A DNA stretch of 63,608 nt, counting the filler, from Choristocarpus tenellus KU-1152 (lineage: Eukaryota; Protista; Phaeophyceae), in the NCBI GenBank assembly GCA_964200185.2. It is 8 parts of 8 records of this genome, joined end to end, with 100 filler letters (N's around TTAATTAATTAA, not from the genome) between each part and the next. Parts side by side here need not be neighbours in the genome. Positions count along the whole stretch, not along the records: positions 1 to 13,486 come from CAXNAD020001476.1; positions 13,587 to 21,430 come from CAXNAD020005498.1; positions 21,531 to 31,419 come from CAXNAD020003306.1; 5 more parts are not named here. One strand, given 5' to 3'. A program made the translations under genes and the position numbers. Below are positions 10,901 through 31,250 of the stretch, piece by piece. Below the pieces are notes generated by a model that was not told where the DNA came from, ran no database searches, and worked only from the letters and a program-made list of their open reading frames with translations. Numbering within the stretch: position 1 is the first letter of the stretch; each line of letters begins with the position of its first letter.

Positions 10901-13486
10901 GTTGGATGTCAGATGGAGGAGACCAGGTTTAATCAAATAAGATACAGGGTTCTAAAGCGAAAAAAATCTTCGTGGAGATGAACAGCTCCCCCCCCAAAAT
11001 AGTGAACGCAACTTAAGTCACGTCATGGTCAAATCAAATTTACACCACGCCATATATATGTGTGATCATTAGAATAATACGATAAAAAAAAACTCTAGTA
11101 GAACAGAGCTGTTTTGAATGTTCGTATACTTGTACAAGTTGAAAACCTATAGACTCACTAGGTTCGTAGAGTGCGTCCCATACAACAATAATACCAACAA
11201 ACTGGTTACAACAGACGTTACCAATTCTAAACAAGGACAATGTTAATTCTTTGTTGAGCAAGAGGCAGATACGTGTGATCATTGATGCTATGCACTAAAG
11301 ACAATGAAGCAAATACCAAACTTCATGGCACAAGGTCAGAGGAGAGAGTGAGAGAGGTGATTTGATTGAATGCAAAAACTTGCTGCAGCACACCCTTGCC
11401 TCCTACATAGCTGCAAGCAATACACTACAAGTAGCAGACATTGAACAGAAGCAACTCTTTCATACCCAATCATTGCTATCTACCGCTGGAACTGCAGCAC
11501 AATAAGAGCGAAAGCTGTTGGGTGGAATGATGCTTGACTACTTGCACAATCAAGGTGTGATGGTAGTGTACAACAGATTCGTACCAAGTTCAGCTCTGTA
11601 AGGGCAAGGTGCACAGTGCTCCGCCACATTGCCGTTGGTACTTGGAATAATTTTAAATTAATATATGGGTGTTCTATACGAAATACACTGTAGGGAGCAT
11701 AATTACTTTACAAAAATAATAAACTCTAAAAGAACAACTATGATATAGAGCAGAACTATTGATGCTTCTCACTTCTCTCAGCACACAGTAATGCTCTGCG
11801 AACACCCTCATGCCTGGCAGCTGGAAATGCATGTACACTATTTTCTGTTCCCCTTTTTCTTGCCAGTGATGACAACAGCAACCAGTGAAACAACAAAGGA
11901 AACTGATATTATGTTCTGGAATTGAATCCATCTAATTCAAACATTTTAACAGTTACGAGTGGTTTCTTGTCAGTATCTTGACAAACTCAAAACGGTATAC
12001 CTGCACTTCGAACCAGGAATATACATAAATGCACGAAACGACTACACCTATCATTTCTACATCATCCGTAAAACCACTCACACTATATTCAACTAAATAG
12101 CATAAACAACAATTGGTCCTTGAAGCAGATACTTGAGTCTCAAAAATCAGCCACCCCACTGTCGAACCTGCCCCGGCCTCTCTCCTTCACCCCCAACAGC
12201 CACACCAAACCCAAGAGGTAGAGACCTCATAATACGAACAGGAACGGCAGTTTCACCAATAGAACAAAAACCTGCACTCCACATTCAGCCCATAGGCTGC
12301 ATTCGTTTCCTACTCCCTCAATCCGAGCAAATCTCATTTCCAAAAGACAACCGGATGATTACCTGCAGCTCAAGCACGATACCCTTCATCCTGACTAATG
12401 ACTCTACATATCCACTATCACTACTCTACATGTGGCATTTTAATATCACGCTCCTGCAGCAGCAACAGCAGCAGTCCAAGCCGAATCCAACAACGGCAGC
12501 TTCTGGCCCTCCTTACAAGCTCGCTCCTCTCCTGGGATCCTACCTGAGGCAGTTATCACAGTGGCAACTCCCCCAACAATTTCCAACACCTATTTGCAAC
12601 GTGAGGGATGTCATGCGACACCAACGATGATTCCACAAGTACACAGTGTGAGGACATGGAAGGAATGAAGGGTTGACTGGATTCAGTGTCTTAAACAACT
12701 GCAGGGTGGATACCCACCTTGGCATACATTGGTGTTGAAAAAACCACTAAATCTACTACTAATAGTACACCCTTCTCTTCACACTTTTTAAAAGTCCAAG
12801 AACGAGTGTCTTCAACACATGGGGAGAGGGGAGTAACCAAGTTTTCCAGGGCAGCCCAAAGGCGTTATCATTGTCTGATGAGAAGAGGTGAAATTGTGGT
12901 GACCGCAACCTGCAGGCCATTCACAATAAAGGCTGACCAATCAACTGCTGTACACAAGTCCCTCGACCAATTACCATGCCTCAAGTCACGTAAACTTTCC
13001 GCTCACAACTATCGAGGCGTTTTTATCTCCCCCCAATTTCAAGATACTTGTGCATCCTAACACTCTTCAAGGCAGCGGTGAGGAAATATGGTACCAAACA
13101 CACCAATGAAATATAATAAACAATCTTTTACTATCGGCCAATAGTTTACATTTGCATGCACCATACCCCCACTTCAACGTCACCATTGCATCACTCCAGG
13201 CAGGTGTACCAAGGGTCAGCTTACAAAGAGTCAAGGTAACCGAGAGGCGTGTTTATGTTCAGTCTCGTCTATTTCGAGCTTTAAAGGTTTTTTCCAACTT
13301 TGTCTAAAGAAGAAGATGAAGACATTCCAACGAGGGGGATTGATAAGGACAACTCGCTTTTACAAACTGAATGACAAAACAATCAAAATATAATCCACAG
13401 CTGACGAATGTCTTCCCCCCCCCCCCCAATTTTTTTTTTCCCAAAAAATCATAGTGACCCCTAAAATGTCAAAACCCACCAAGACC

Positions 13487-13586
13487 NNNNNNNNNNNNNN
13501 NNNNNNNNNNNNNNNNNNNNNNNNNNNNNNTTAATTAATTAANNNNNNNNNNNNNNNNNNNNNNNNNNNNNNNNNNNNNNNNNNNN
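13487..13586. other. Artificial contig-joining spacer (44N-TTAATTAATTAA-44N)
   Basis: The identical 100-nt spacer also occurs at 21431-21530, 31420-31519, 35824-35923, 54290-54389, 57124-57223 and 60576-60675; the 12-mer puts stop codons in all six frames. Confidence 0.97.
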
Positions 13587-13688
13587 GATAAAACCATTTT
13601 GACTTCGGGGGGGGAAATTGAGGCCCAAAACTCTCCTTAAAGTTTAGAACCCCCCCCCCCCCCCCTCCCCCCATGTTCTTATCACAAG

Positions 13689-21008
<7,320 letters not shown>

Positions 21009-21530
21009 GTATTTTCTTTTCAATTTCAACTTTGATCTCTTGTCTTTTGTTGGTAAGGTTTTTAATACTATATCAAGACTTGTTCATTGTATACTGATAA
21101 GAGTAGAGGTAATAGTGGAGGAAGACAAGACAGGGACTTAGGGGATAGTTAGTCACTTTTGGCACGAAGGAATTTGACCATTCAGAAATTGTAGAGGTGA
21201 ACCCCCTGCCAACCCTTTCTTGGACACTTTGCAAGGCTTGGGAGAAGGGAAAGGTTTTATGTTTCTGTCATTAGTGTGGGGTGGAGGAGGGAGAGGGTGG
21301 GAAGTGATGTTTTTCATCAATTTAAAGGCTTTTGTATTATCAATATCAAGGTTATGACTTTGGAACAGTGTTGTGGGGGGGGGGGGGGGAAGAAAAATAA
21401 AATTTTGTTGTAACTTTTTTTTGTGTAAGGNNNNNNNNNNNNNNNNNNNNNNNNNNNNNNNNNNNNNNNNNNNNTTAATTAATTAANNNNNNNNNNNNNN
21501 NNNNNNNNNNNNNNNNNNNNNNNNNNNNNN

Positions 21531-21952
21531 CCCCCCACCATACGCATCTCGAAGCACCTCCTCCTCCGTTACAGCCGTCACCCGATCATCATCAAGCTTC
21601 ACCCATTGCTTGCTACGCTGTCCTTCTTGCTCGCCACCTGACTCTTCTCCCCACTTGTCACTCAAGGGCCGGACATAGGAGTAGTAGTGCCCTGCAGAGT
21701 GCCCCCCAACGTGCATCACCACTGCCCTCAGTGAATACCTTGTACTGCGAGAAGGATGTTTTGTTGGATAAAAATGGCAATAAATAAATAAATATATATA
21801 TATATATATATTGTAAGAACTCAAGCTGAGTACATAATACACACTGAGGTAGTTCAAACCGTGCCTGTTGGACTGGGAGGCAGCACGCGTAAAAGCTGGC
21901 TCTCCCAATTATTGTAAGGCGTTATTTAAAACACACACACACACACACACAT

Positions 21953-21986
<34 letters not shown>

Positions 21987-24900
21987 GCCACCATGATGCA
22001 GTCCACAACGGGCGAGGCATTTCGGTCGGACAAAGGGGAAAAAAAAAAACGAAACAATTTTTTTTCGTTGAGATCGCATCAAAACCAGCAGGCGCCGTCA
22101 ATATTATTATCGGGGGCTGCGTACTCTTCACCTAAACACAGGTAGATAAAAACTATCCGCGGAAGAAATATTACCCCTCTGTGTTTGCTGACACTCTACT
22201 GCGTTGTTACCTGGCAGTGGAGTTTGCGCTGTCGCCCTTGAGCCAAGGTGAAGTATTGAGGGCGACAGGAAATTCGAATCGGTCATGGACCTTGCTCATG
22301 GAATCCTGGTACGGATCATACTGAAACCGCTTCAGGTGGAACTGCAAGTAGGGCCGGGCCGCCAGCAAGGCAAGGCAGGAGATGGGGAAGACATTCAAAC
22401 GACCATTTAGGTTTGCAATTCGTGTTCAAACGGCCTGTTGAATGCTAGATGCGTATGAAAACATCGGTACTCCTCTTGGTTCACAGGTTTTTCTTTTTTT
22501 TGGAAGTTAAAAAATAAAATATACAAAGTCAAACTCAGCTCAGGTGGAAATAGTAAAAAAAAACTAAACCTTAACCTTAACCCTAACCCTAACCACCTCT
22601 AAGATAATAATAATTTACTGGGCCAGCCGGCCTGCGGAACCGGCGGCCCCATCAAAAATCCTCGAAACCTTGTCACTTGAGCCATACGGTGGTCCAGACC
22701 CATCGGAACTACCCGGTCTGGCGTAAGTCCCAGGGAATTACTTCTCTACCACTACTTGGGGTATACCGTATCATTGAATGGCGTCTTGCATAAGAACAGT
22801 AATGGCAACAATAATAGTATCAAACGAAAAAAAGTTTGTATTAATAAAAATAGTAACATTTTTTCAACCGTGCATTTATTTTTTCATTTTTCTCTCCTTA
22901 CTTTTTTTAAACACGTGTCATGCATACAACCCAAGCAAGTAACAAGGTTATATTTTCATATGCCACTTCAAGACGGCATTCCCAATCAACCAACCACTGT
23001 TAAGAACCCATCCTTGTTGTGCCTCTTAAGATCGAAAAAAAGTAATATATACATACATAATATATATATATATATATTGCTTTTTTTCAAGTCTTTTTAC
23101 ATCATCCCCCCCACCCCCGAACAACAGAAAAATGTTTTTTTTTCTTAATTTCTACTAAGCACTGATAATATATACACATAACAAATAAAAAACAACACAC
23201 ATAAACACATACGCTGACTGCAACCGGGAACCGTCAGAGCTCTCGCCGTTCCATAACTACAGCAAATACGCACACGCCTCCAGAAATCTGTGTACTCCAT
23301 GCTCAACAACAAACGACCACTATTAGAAAAATAAAAAAAGTAGTACATCCGCACAAAAACCGACAGAGATAACCAAACTCAACTGTCCCGACCTGTTATT
23401 AAAAAAAGTATAATAAAAAAAGTAAAATAACATTCTAAGCGCTGTTGTATAACAAACAGCCAAAGCATATCCTCGAGGAGGGTGATGTTGTGATGTTGCG
23501 ATGTTGTGATGTTGTGATGTTGTCCATTTCAGGTCTCCGAAACTAATTCTTTAGTTTATTTTTTTTAAATCAAAAAATCGACACAGAGAGGCAGACAACC
23601 AACAAAAAAATAATCGTCCTGGCTGGCCTGTTCCAAAAAAATGCTATCGTGATGTAAACCCTTTTACTCCTGTTCACCTGCAACACAGGAGGGAATTCCA
23701 CAAAACGTACACCCTTGTTTGCTTCCTGCAGTCCGTGCTCCCCCGCCCGCCAACGGTTATCCCCACTCAGCCTCTCCGGCTCTGTGAACCTTATTATTAT
23801 TATTATTATTATTGGAGGAAAAAGAAAAAGAAAATGAAATACGTGTATACGCACGCACGCCCATAAAAAAAAAGTAGGGATCCTGGCATATGGGCAACGG
23901 TAGTGCTCTCTCGTGGAGGGTGTGTGGCCCCTATGAAAAAAAAAAAAGACGTGCAACTACGGCAGCATCCTTTTTTTTGCACAGAAGTTGAAAAAAAACT
24001 ATAACCTTCACCCCAAACCGTGTCGACATCCATTATGCCTCTGCGCAGTGCAAACCTGTTTGAACAGATGCTGCTCGGGGGGGAATAGAGGCCAATGCTT
24101 GTTTCTTGTTCACCTTCAACTATCTATCCCTCTCTCTCTCTCTCTCGCACCCTCTCTCCTTCTCTCCATCTCCCTCACCTGTCTAACGATTCCTGCAAGG
24201 TTTTGCAGCCCTTGACATCCATGGGCAGGTCGTAAAATACCTCACTTGCCTCTCTAGAAAAAGGCACGTCCATGCACTGCCGCAACGGCAGACGCAAAGC
24301 AAACACAAACACAAACGCACACGCACACGCAAGAAAATAATAATAAAAGAGTAGGAAGGCGTATCGACGAGCACGCAGTAAGTCGGCGCGATTTTTAATT
24401 TTTAAGGGTTTACTCATTATGCTCGGTCTGTGCCGCTGGATCACATAACAAGATCTAAATATATATATATATATATATTATATTTATTGCAAACCAAAAC
24501 AAGGTGCTCTTTGGTTCAAGCATATCCACTACCATCTATCTCTCCGTCCGGGGGGTCTGAGATCCCCCCTCCTCTGACAAACGTGAAAGATGATAATAAA
24601 AATAAAAAATGAGCGTGGGTACTATTTATCGAAGCAAAGCACCTGATTGTGTTAATAACGATAAAGATTTGGTTTGTTTGTTTGTTTGTTTTTTTGTCTC
24701 ACAAGTAGTACGCGCAAAAAAATAAAAAGATGGTACAAAGTAACAAACAAACAAAAAATGGTAGAGTAGGGCTTGTTGGGTGGGCGAGTATCACCGGTAG
24801 GCTTATCTTGTCCCTCACGTGCATACCTATATAAATATATAAATCTACACTGCTCATAGATGTGTGTGATGGGCGCACAAAAACATATTTTTTTGCATCT

Positions 24901-25037
24901 GCTTGCTTCAAGAACAGGAGGGAGGGAGGGAGGGAAGGGGGGGGGGGGGGGGGGGTGTTTTACAAAAAACCACAACGCAATACTTCAAAAATTATTATTC
25001 TAAGTGTTTAGAAAAAGTGCATAAAAGANNNNNNNNN

Positions 25038-25085
<48 letters not shown>

Positions 25086-28000
25086 GGGTTGTCTGACAAT
25101 ACCAGCTACGACTATATCCATACAGCTTCACTTCTAGGGTTTTATAGCAGCAGCTACAGCAGAGTACAAAAAAAGGCGAAGAAAGAGGGTTAGGGAACAT
25201 GGAAGTTGGATGAACCTAACTCTTACACACCACTGAAATAGGTGTTAGGGTTGGCAATAAGACTAGTCATGCAGGCTGTGCATTAGAGGGGGCACATTTG
25301 CCCCACTAGACTTCCCCGACCCCAAACCCTCATGTTGGAGTTTGTTTGCCATGGTGGCAACGGTATATGAAGGTTCATGGTCCTTGCAAGGTGCTTGCAG
25401 CACGTCTTCAGCGAGCACAAAGAACCCTCGAAACACAAAGGAATGTGCCCATACGTAGGTTGGTGGGGGAGAGGGGATAAAAGAACCCTCGAAACACAAA
25501 GGAATGTGCCCATACGTAGGTTGGTGGGGGAGAGGGGATAAAAACAAGCAAGTCAAGGACAACGCACTATAGAATGAGTTTCAAGCTCAGAAAAACGCTC
25601 CAGATGCGCCTAGCGATTTCCCATCCAAAAGCTACAAACGCCTCGAGAGTGTTAGAAACACGACCAAAATAAACAGCGGATACATCTCATGAACACAATA
25701 AACCAATAAACCATCTGATCAAGCCAGATCGATGCACACTGGCACTGATTCATGCAGGGCTTACACATTCAGCGCGGAACTTTCCGGACGGAACTCTCCC
25801 ACGCCCCCTCACACTCAGATACTTCGCCCCATACTACAGCTCGATCAAACGATTAATAGCACTGCGGGATACTCAAACTCACACATCGTTCATGCGCATG
25901 TGCAGAACTAAAAGGGCACACTTGGTTTAGAAGACGCACTTATTGAGGTGAAAGGATGTGTACCTCAGTGATGCTGCTCGGTGCAATAATCATACCGCAA
26001 TATGTACCCTGTACAAGACACACAAGGCAAGTACATTCTCGTAGCCCATGCCCTCGTCGAAATCAGCGCAAGCAAACCCATGCCTACCTCTATGTAGTTG
26101 ATCAGTTTTCCAGAAAATAGCTTAGAGATGACCTCTCCCACTGCCCCACATTCCATGTCACCATCTGATGCGGCCATCTCGGCCTCCTCCTCCAAGGTCA
26201 TGAACAGCATACTATCAAGGTCAAAAGGTTTGCCCGCATGTATACGCACAAGAGGAAGATTAGGAGGAGCAGAGCAAAGGCCTTTGACACATGAACTCCA
26301 CACTGCAAGTAGCAGGACCAAGGACAGGTTCCCATTGCACATGCTCCATGCTGCAGATGGCTATCAACCAGCGCGCACAAAAATAATTAATTGCACTTAT
26401 GAATAAATTTGTGGATGCATGTATGGATGGATGGATTACTTGACTGCATGCATTATCAGTGTAATAAAGTATAAAATAGTATGTCCAAAGAAGGTTCAGC
26501 GCACCATGCGTTTGTGGGAACACAAGTAGGAATGAAGTCAATAAGATCAAAAGAACCCGCAAAACTCCTCACATCCTCCCAGCCCCTCCGAACTGATCTA
26601 CACATTTCCTCCCTCGATTGAGCTTGACTGTTACAATCCTTGGTCCTTGCTTCGCTCTGGAGAGAGCAGGTGCTTAAATGATATAGAAATACATTGTGTA
26701 TGTGTGTTTGTGTCTGTTGCCTGCCTGTCTGTCTGTCTCCTGTAGTTGGTTGCTCACCGTCCAAACTCCTGAGCATCCTGTTGGAAGCGTGGGTCAATAC
26801 CCATGACTCTTGTTAGTGGAGAGGTAGAGGCCGCCCTGTGACAGTGACAAGTGCATTGCACATCACATGATACACAACATTCGGGGGGGAGTAATTGGTC
26901 CCCATGTACATGGAGGGTGCTGTTGGGGTCATATTTATGAAGGTCGGAAGAATCTGGGAAGGAGGGAGAAGGAGAAGGGGGAGCGGATTGAATATCTTCT
27001 GATGAAGTATCAAGGGTTACTCAGTTGGATAAGATACTTTAGAAGTAGAGGACAAAATACCAGTAATATGGATAAAATCTGATTACATTTCATCAATAGG
27101 ATACATAGAGTCTCTGCGCTGTGATCAAAGGGACTGAGCAACGCAACAATTACTGCTCCAGCCAAAGTGATCAACAACATGTGCGTAAACCCTACAGGTG
27201 TGAGTGGTCCAAAGCAAGCGGACAAAGAGAGGGAGAGGGGAAGATCACGCATTCTACTAAGAAGAGACGAAGATGATCTTGGTAATTCACAGTGACATTG
27301 TCTTCCGCACACAATCTGATACCTTTCCCCCTTCTCCAGGTGGGCAAACACCCTTCCGAGGGCCGGCAGTGTTCCACCCTCGCCCTGTGCTTTTTCTTTT
27401 GAAGCCAACAACACTGCTTCTCTCAGGCCTGGTACATGAAACATGGTCTGGAGGAGAGAGTTGAGGTAGCAGGTGTTGCCCTGATTTACCAGACCAGTCG
27501 GTAGCGCTTCCTCTTTGTTATCTTTCATGCTTACCGCCAACTTTGCACTTCTTATTTCTCCACAAGTTCGATCCCTTCTCCGACCTCGCCTCCGCACTCT
27601 CCTAGCCAACCAACCCCACCTACTACCCCTGCGTGGCTCCTCCTGAGCTCCACCTGCAAGGCAAGGGAGTTCGGAGCCGGTAGGATCGATGCCTCGACGG
27701 GATTTTAAAGAGCCACTTGATGTCTCAAATTCCAAGTCCTTGGTCAGTACTGCCTCGGGATCCTTCACGAATGGGCGAGTGGAGAGGGGAGATGCAAGAG
27801 GAGAAAGGTAGGTTTACGGAGGGCCAATTGTTGCAAACCCTCCATGCAATAAAGGTTCACCAGGTCTCAGATCCATACAGAAACTACTAAACCCCACAAA
27901 AGCGATTTATCTCCCACTTACCAAAGTTTCACGATCCTCCTTTCCTTCTGGAACATTGAGGCGGTCATAGTGCAACAAGGGAGTATCCCAAATTGCGGGT

Positions 28001-28101
28001 TGTCCTGAACCTATTGATACACCAATGACAGCACAGAGTTGTAGGCCAAGTACGAATGAGCCAGCCATGGCACTGGCCCATAATACCAGTCGACTTTTCA
28101 T
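21531..28101 (-). CDS. Ubiquitin carboxyl-terminal hydrolase (USP/C19, USP7-like catalytic domain) with a signal-peptide-like N-terminus; 3' end lies in a gap
   Basis: Exons 28101-27922, 27762-27323, [26656-26557, out of frame], 26211-26088, 24276-24179, 23789-23678, 22341-22211 and 21744-gap. Cys box GLVNQGNTCYLNSLLQ, LFSGKLINYIE|C, EVFYDLPMDVKG, PPVLQ|FHLKRFQYD, His box VVMHVGGHSAGHYYSY, WVKLDDDRV. Confidence 0.9.
22565..22593. repeat. Short interstitial telomere-like repeat (CCCTAA/CCTTAA)n
   Basis: CTAAACCTTAACCTTAACCCTAACCCTAACC; similar TTAGGG doublets occur at 4194-4205 and 62558-62573. Confidence 0.6.
25420..25542. repeat. Perfect 61-bp direct tandem duplication in a USP intron
   Basis: AAGAACCCTCGAAACACAAAGGAATGTGCCCATACGTAGGTTGGTGGGGGAGAGGGGATAA occurs twice in tandem. 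Confidence 0.92.
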
Positions 28102-29182
28102 TATGCCCACGCTATCAGCACATTTCTAGACGTGTCGAGTTTTACTGTGGAGTTCGTTGATCGACTTAGTGGAGGACACGTTTTTCTAGTAAATTGAATA
28201 ACCTTTTCCAAACCCTCTAACGGCGTTCACAACTGAAACAGTTATTAAATTACACTTCTCATCGTCACACCAAAAAAACGTTGTTACCAAACATTGTGTG
28301 CTGCGCACGTGCGAGTTCGAATCTCACTAGTATCACAATGTGAATCGTTTGATTTTGTGGCGACGTGGTTCACTCAGACAAGGGTGATGAAGAGAATTAC
28401 CAGGCAAGACGGATCAGAAAAATGAAGATGAACAGTAACCGAGAGGACGAGATTAAAATGGTCAAGGACAAGAGTGAAGAGTGGAGAGTGGAGAGAGAGG
28501 ACAGATGAGGGGACATATGAGAGTGACAGAAGGTCATGTCAAAGGGAATCAATCCCTCCACTCTTGGCATCTTTGAAAAAAGAAAGTACATGTGTGGGAG
28601 TGGTATCTTGAAACGATTTCGTGGACTCTGTCTCACTGAAGATCTTGCACTGGAATCCAGGATTCCTAATAAGGAACGATACGACGATATATGTTATACG
28701 GCGATAGCAGTATGACAACAGACAAGCTTCCTTTCCCCAAATATTAGTGTGTAATTCAAATTACTATTATTGCGCTTTACATCAATTAGTTTGAGGGTGA
28801 GGGATAAAACGAGTATCGAGTTGACTGTCTGTGCCCAAACGGAGGCTCTTATTGTAATAGTTGCACGTAAGTAAGGAGGGTGAGCGACTTCCCAAGATGT
28901 TGATCTTTGGGGAGCTTTACGACTGGAAAACGACCGAAAGGTAGACAGGGCAAGAACTGGTGGATATGCCTACAGGAAGACGGCATTGAGAGATTTGGGA
29001 TGATCGATAATAGATTAAGGTTGGAATACGACTGTGTGGCTGGTGGCACGATGAGTTTCGTGGCAGAGTGGCATTCAATGAAGCTGTGATATAGCTCATA
29101 TACATTCCAACCAAGATAATATATTAATGGTTGTAATAGGAGCTGGAGTTTGCTTCGTACACTAATCAACAGGAGATAGAGA

Positions 29183-29361
29183 GACCGAAAGTATCTGGGG
29201 GAAGAGGGGGGTGTGCACGAGGGTGTCCATTTGGGTCAAAATCAGGAAAGGTGCATTTACATTATCCATCCAAAGTATGCAACCAAATCACCCAAAAATC
29301 GCGACATGAAAAAAATGACCCAAATGGACAACCGCCACACCCCCCCCAGATACTTTGAGCC
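29183..29361 (+). mobile_element. MITE family B (179 bp), 3-bp TSD AGA
   Basis: GACCGAAAGTATCTGGGGG...CCCCCAGATACTTTGAGCC, flanked by AGA on both sides. Confidence 0.88.
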
Positions 29362-29399
29362 AGACACAGAACAAGAGGATACATACTGCCGAAATTTAT

Positions 29400-31250
29400 G
29401 TAGTAATTGAAGTGCTCACTCTAAAGTTCCCAGGAGATGCATGTGATAGAGGAGGTGAAAGTTTTACAATACTTGGTGGATTAACACACACACATTCTTG
29501 AATACAGTCCCATAAGAAAATCTCCATCAGACCATTTGGAGACCTCTACCTATTTGACATACTTTAAACCACTTTGTTCACCTTGCTGGTTTAGATACGG
29601 GTTACCTTCCAACAATTCATCATGCAAGAAAAATCTGTCCCCCTCTATGTAATATCTAAGCAGTACGAAGTAAGATCTACCAGGAGGAGTTCATCAATTC
29701 AGCAGTGTTCCTCCACCGATGCACATACGGTTCAGCACTACCAGTCTATTTTTGCTCCTCGCTTCATTGCCTTAAGCAGTGAGACTGATTCTAATTGCAG
29801 GCACTTCCCTGTAACCTCTGTAGCAACACAATATGAATCCTTTGACCTCTATCACTTCTCTGTTTCTACCTCATGATTCATTTAAACTTCCCAAAGAATA
29901 AGTACATCATACCGTGGGGTTGTCACAGAGTGAGCCCATGCATGGACAACAGCAAGCAGTTGCCCGACCTGTGGAAGGTGCGAAGATGGTCTACAAAGCA
30001 TATATATTGGTGTTGTATGATATTCAGCACAAAGATGATGCATTCTGAACAGTCCCCCACAACATACTGTACTTCGGAGTACAGCATGCAGTCCTTGCTG
30101 CTCTCAGAAACACGCTGATATCGACGAATCCCGAGTGGCAGCGGAACTTTTTCTGGTGCTTTAGCTTGACGGATGTCGATGATCACAACTTCTTCAGCAT
30201 GCCAGTTGTCCGTTAGTATTTGGTTCCGTTAACTAAATGAGTGTGCCATTTTGGCAGTGTAAATTTTGTACTCCTATACACCAACCTTCGACTGTGATCC
30301 CAAACCCCTCAAGATCATTTTACAGATGTGATAATATCACCCGTCTCATGGAGGAGTAGGAGAGATACTAACTTGAATATTGCTTGATGGTGTAGAGCGA
30401 ATCACTAGGACAAGGTGGGTCATGTCAATAACTTGTCATATATCAGAATTAATCTTATCAATCCTGTCTCACACTAGAACAGTTTTGAGTTTACCAGCCT
30501 ATAACGGTTTCACTCTCATACTCTGTAGATACATATAACACATTACTTGTGTTCTCCGATACAGTTGAAAGAGTCTGTATGAACAGACATGCCACCTGCC
30601 CTCCACTTTCCACCTGTAAGCTCCCCAACCACCAAACCCTTTGGATATTGTTTACCCCCCACACGTGCAACTGACGCTACGAACAAGAGCTTCCGTTTCT
30701 GCACAAGTCGACTCGAGACTGCCAAATGTCTTGAGGCAACTCCTCAGCGAGAGTGTGGGATTAGTGGGATGGCCAACGGATTATGCTTGGTTAGCTCCCT
30801 AACCTCAGGTTTGTCAAACGCTGAGATACCACATCTACCCCTCTTCACAAGGACGTAATGTTTTGTATGACAGCATGTGATTGTGTCCCTTCCGTTTTTG
30901 GAATCTGATGCAGCATAGTAGGAATTGTGGTGATGGGAACGGGGTTCAACATGGTGAACCTGGTGAAGCGTCTATGTCACACAACTGGAGTGCTACGCCT
31001 GTGTTTCTGTCATAGAGCTCTGGACTAAACTTTCGTAAGGAACCTCAGTCTCTTGGGTCTATCAGCTGGATCTTGGTGGTGATCAGCATGTTCATTGATA
31101 GTGCCTCCAAGATAAAAACTTGTGAGTCTACTTGAAGCCAGACGCCCAGATCGGCATTGTGTGTGCTGCCTTTTTGGGAAGTGGAAGGCATATATTTTCT
31201 CTTTTAGAAGCACAGAGATGTGGTCAGCCTATATTCTTAAGCCACCTTCC
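29400..31250 (+). mobile_element. Heavily decayed Ty3/Gypsy pol relic
   Basis: PPALHFP...KPFG...ATDAT resembles the RT-RNaseH junction (APxLxxP...PFxLxTDAS); the boundaries are uncertain. Confidence 0.35.
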
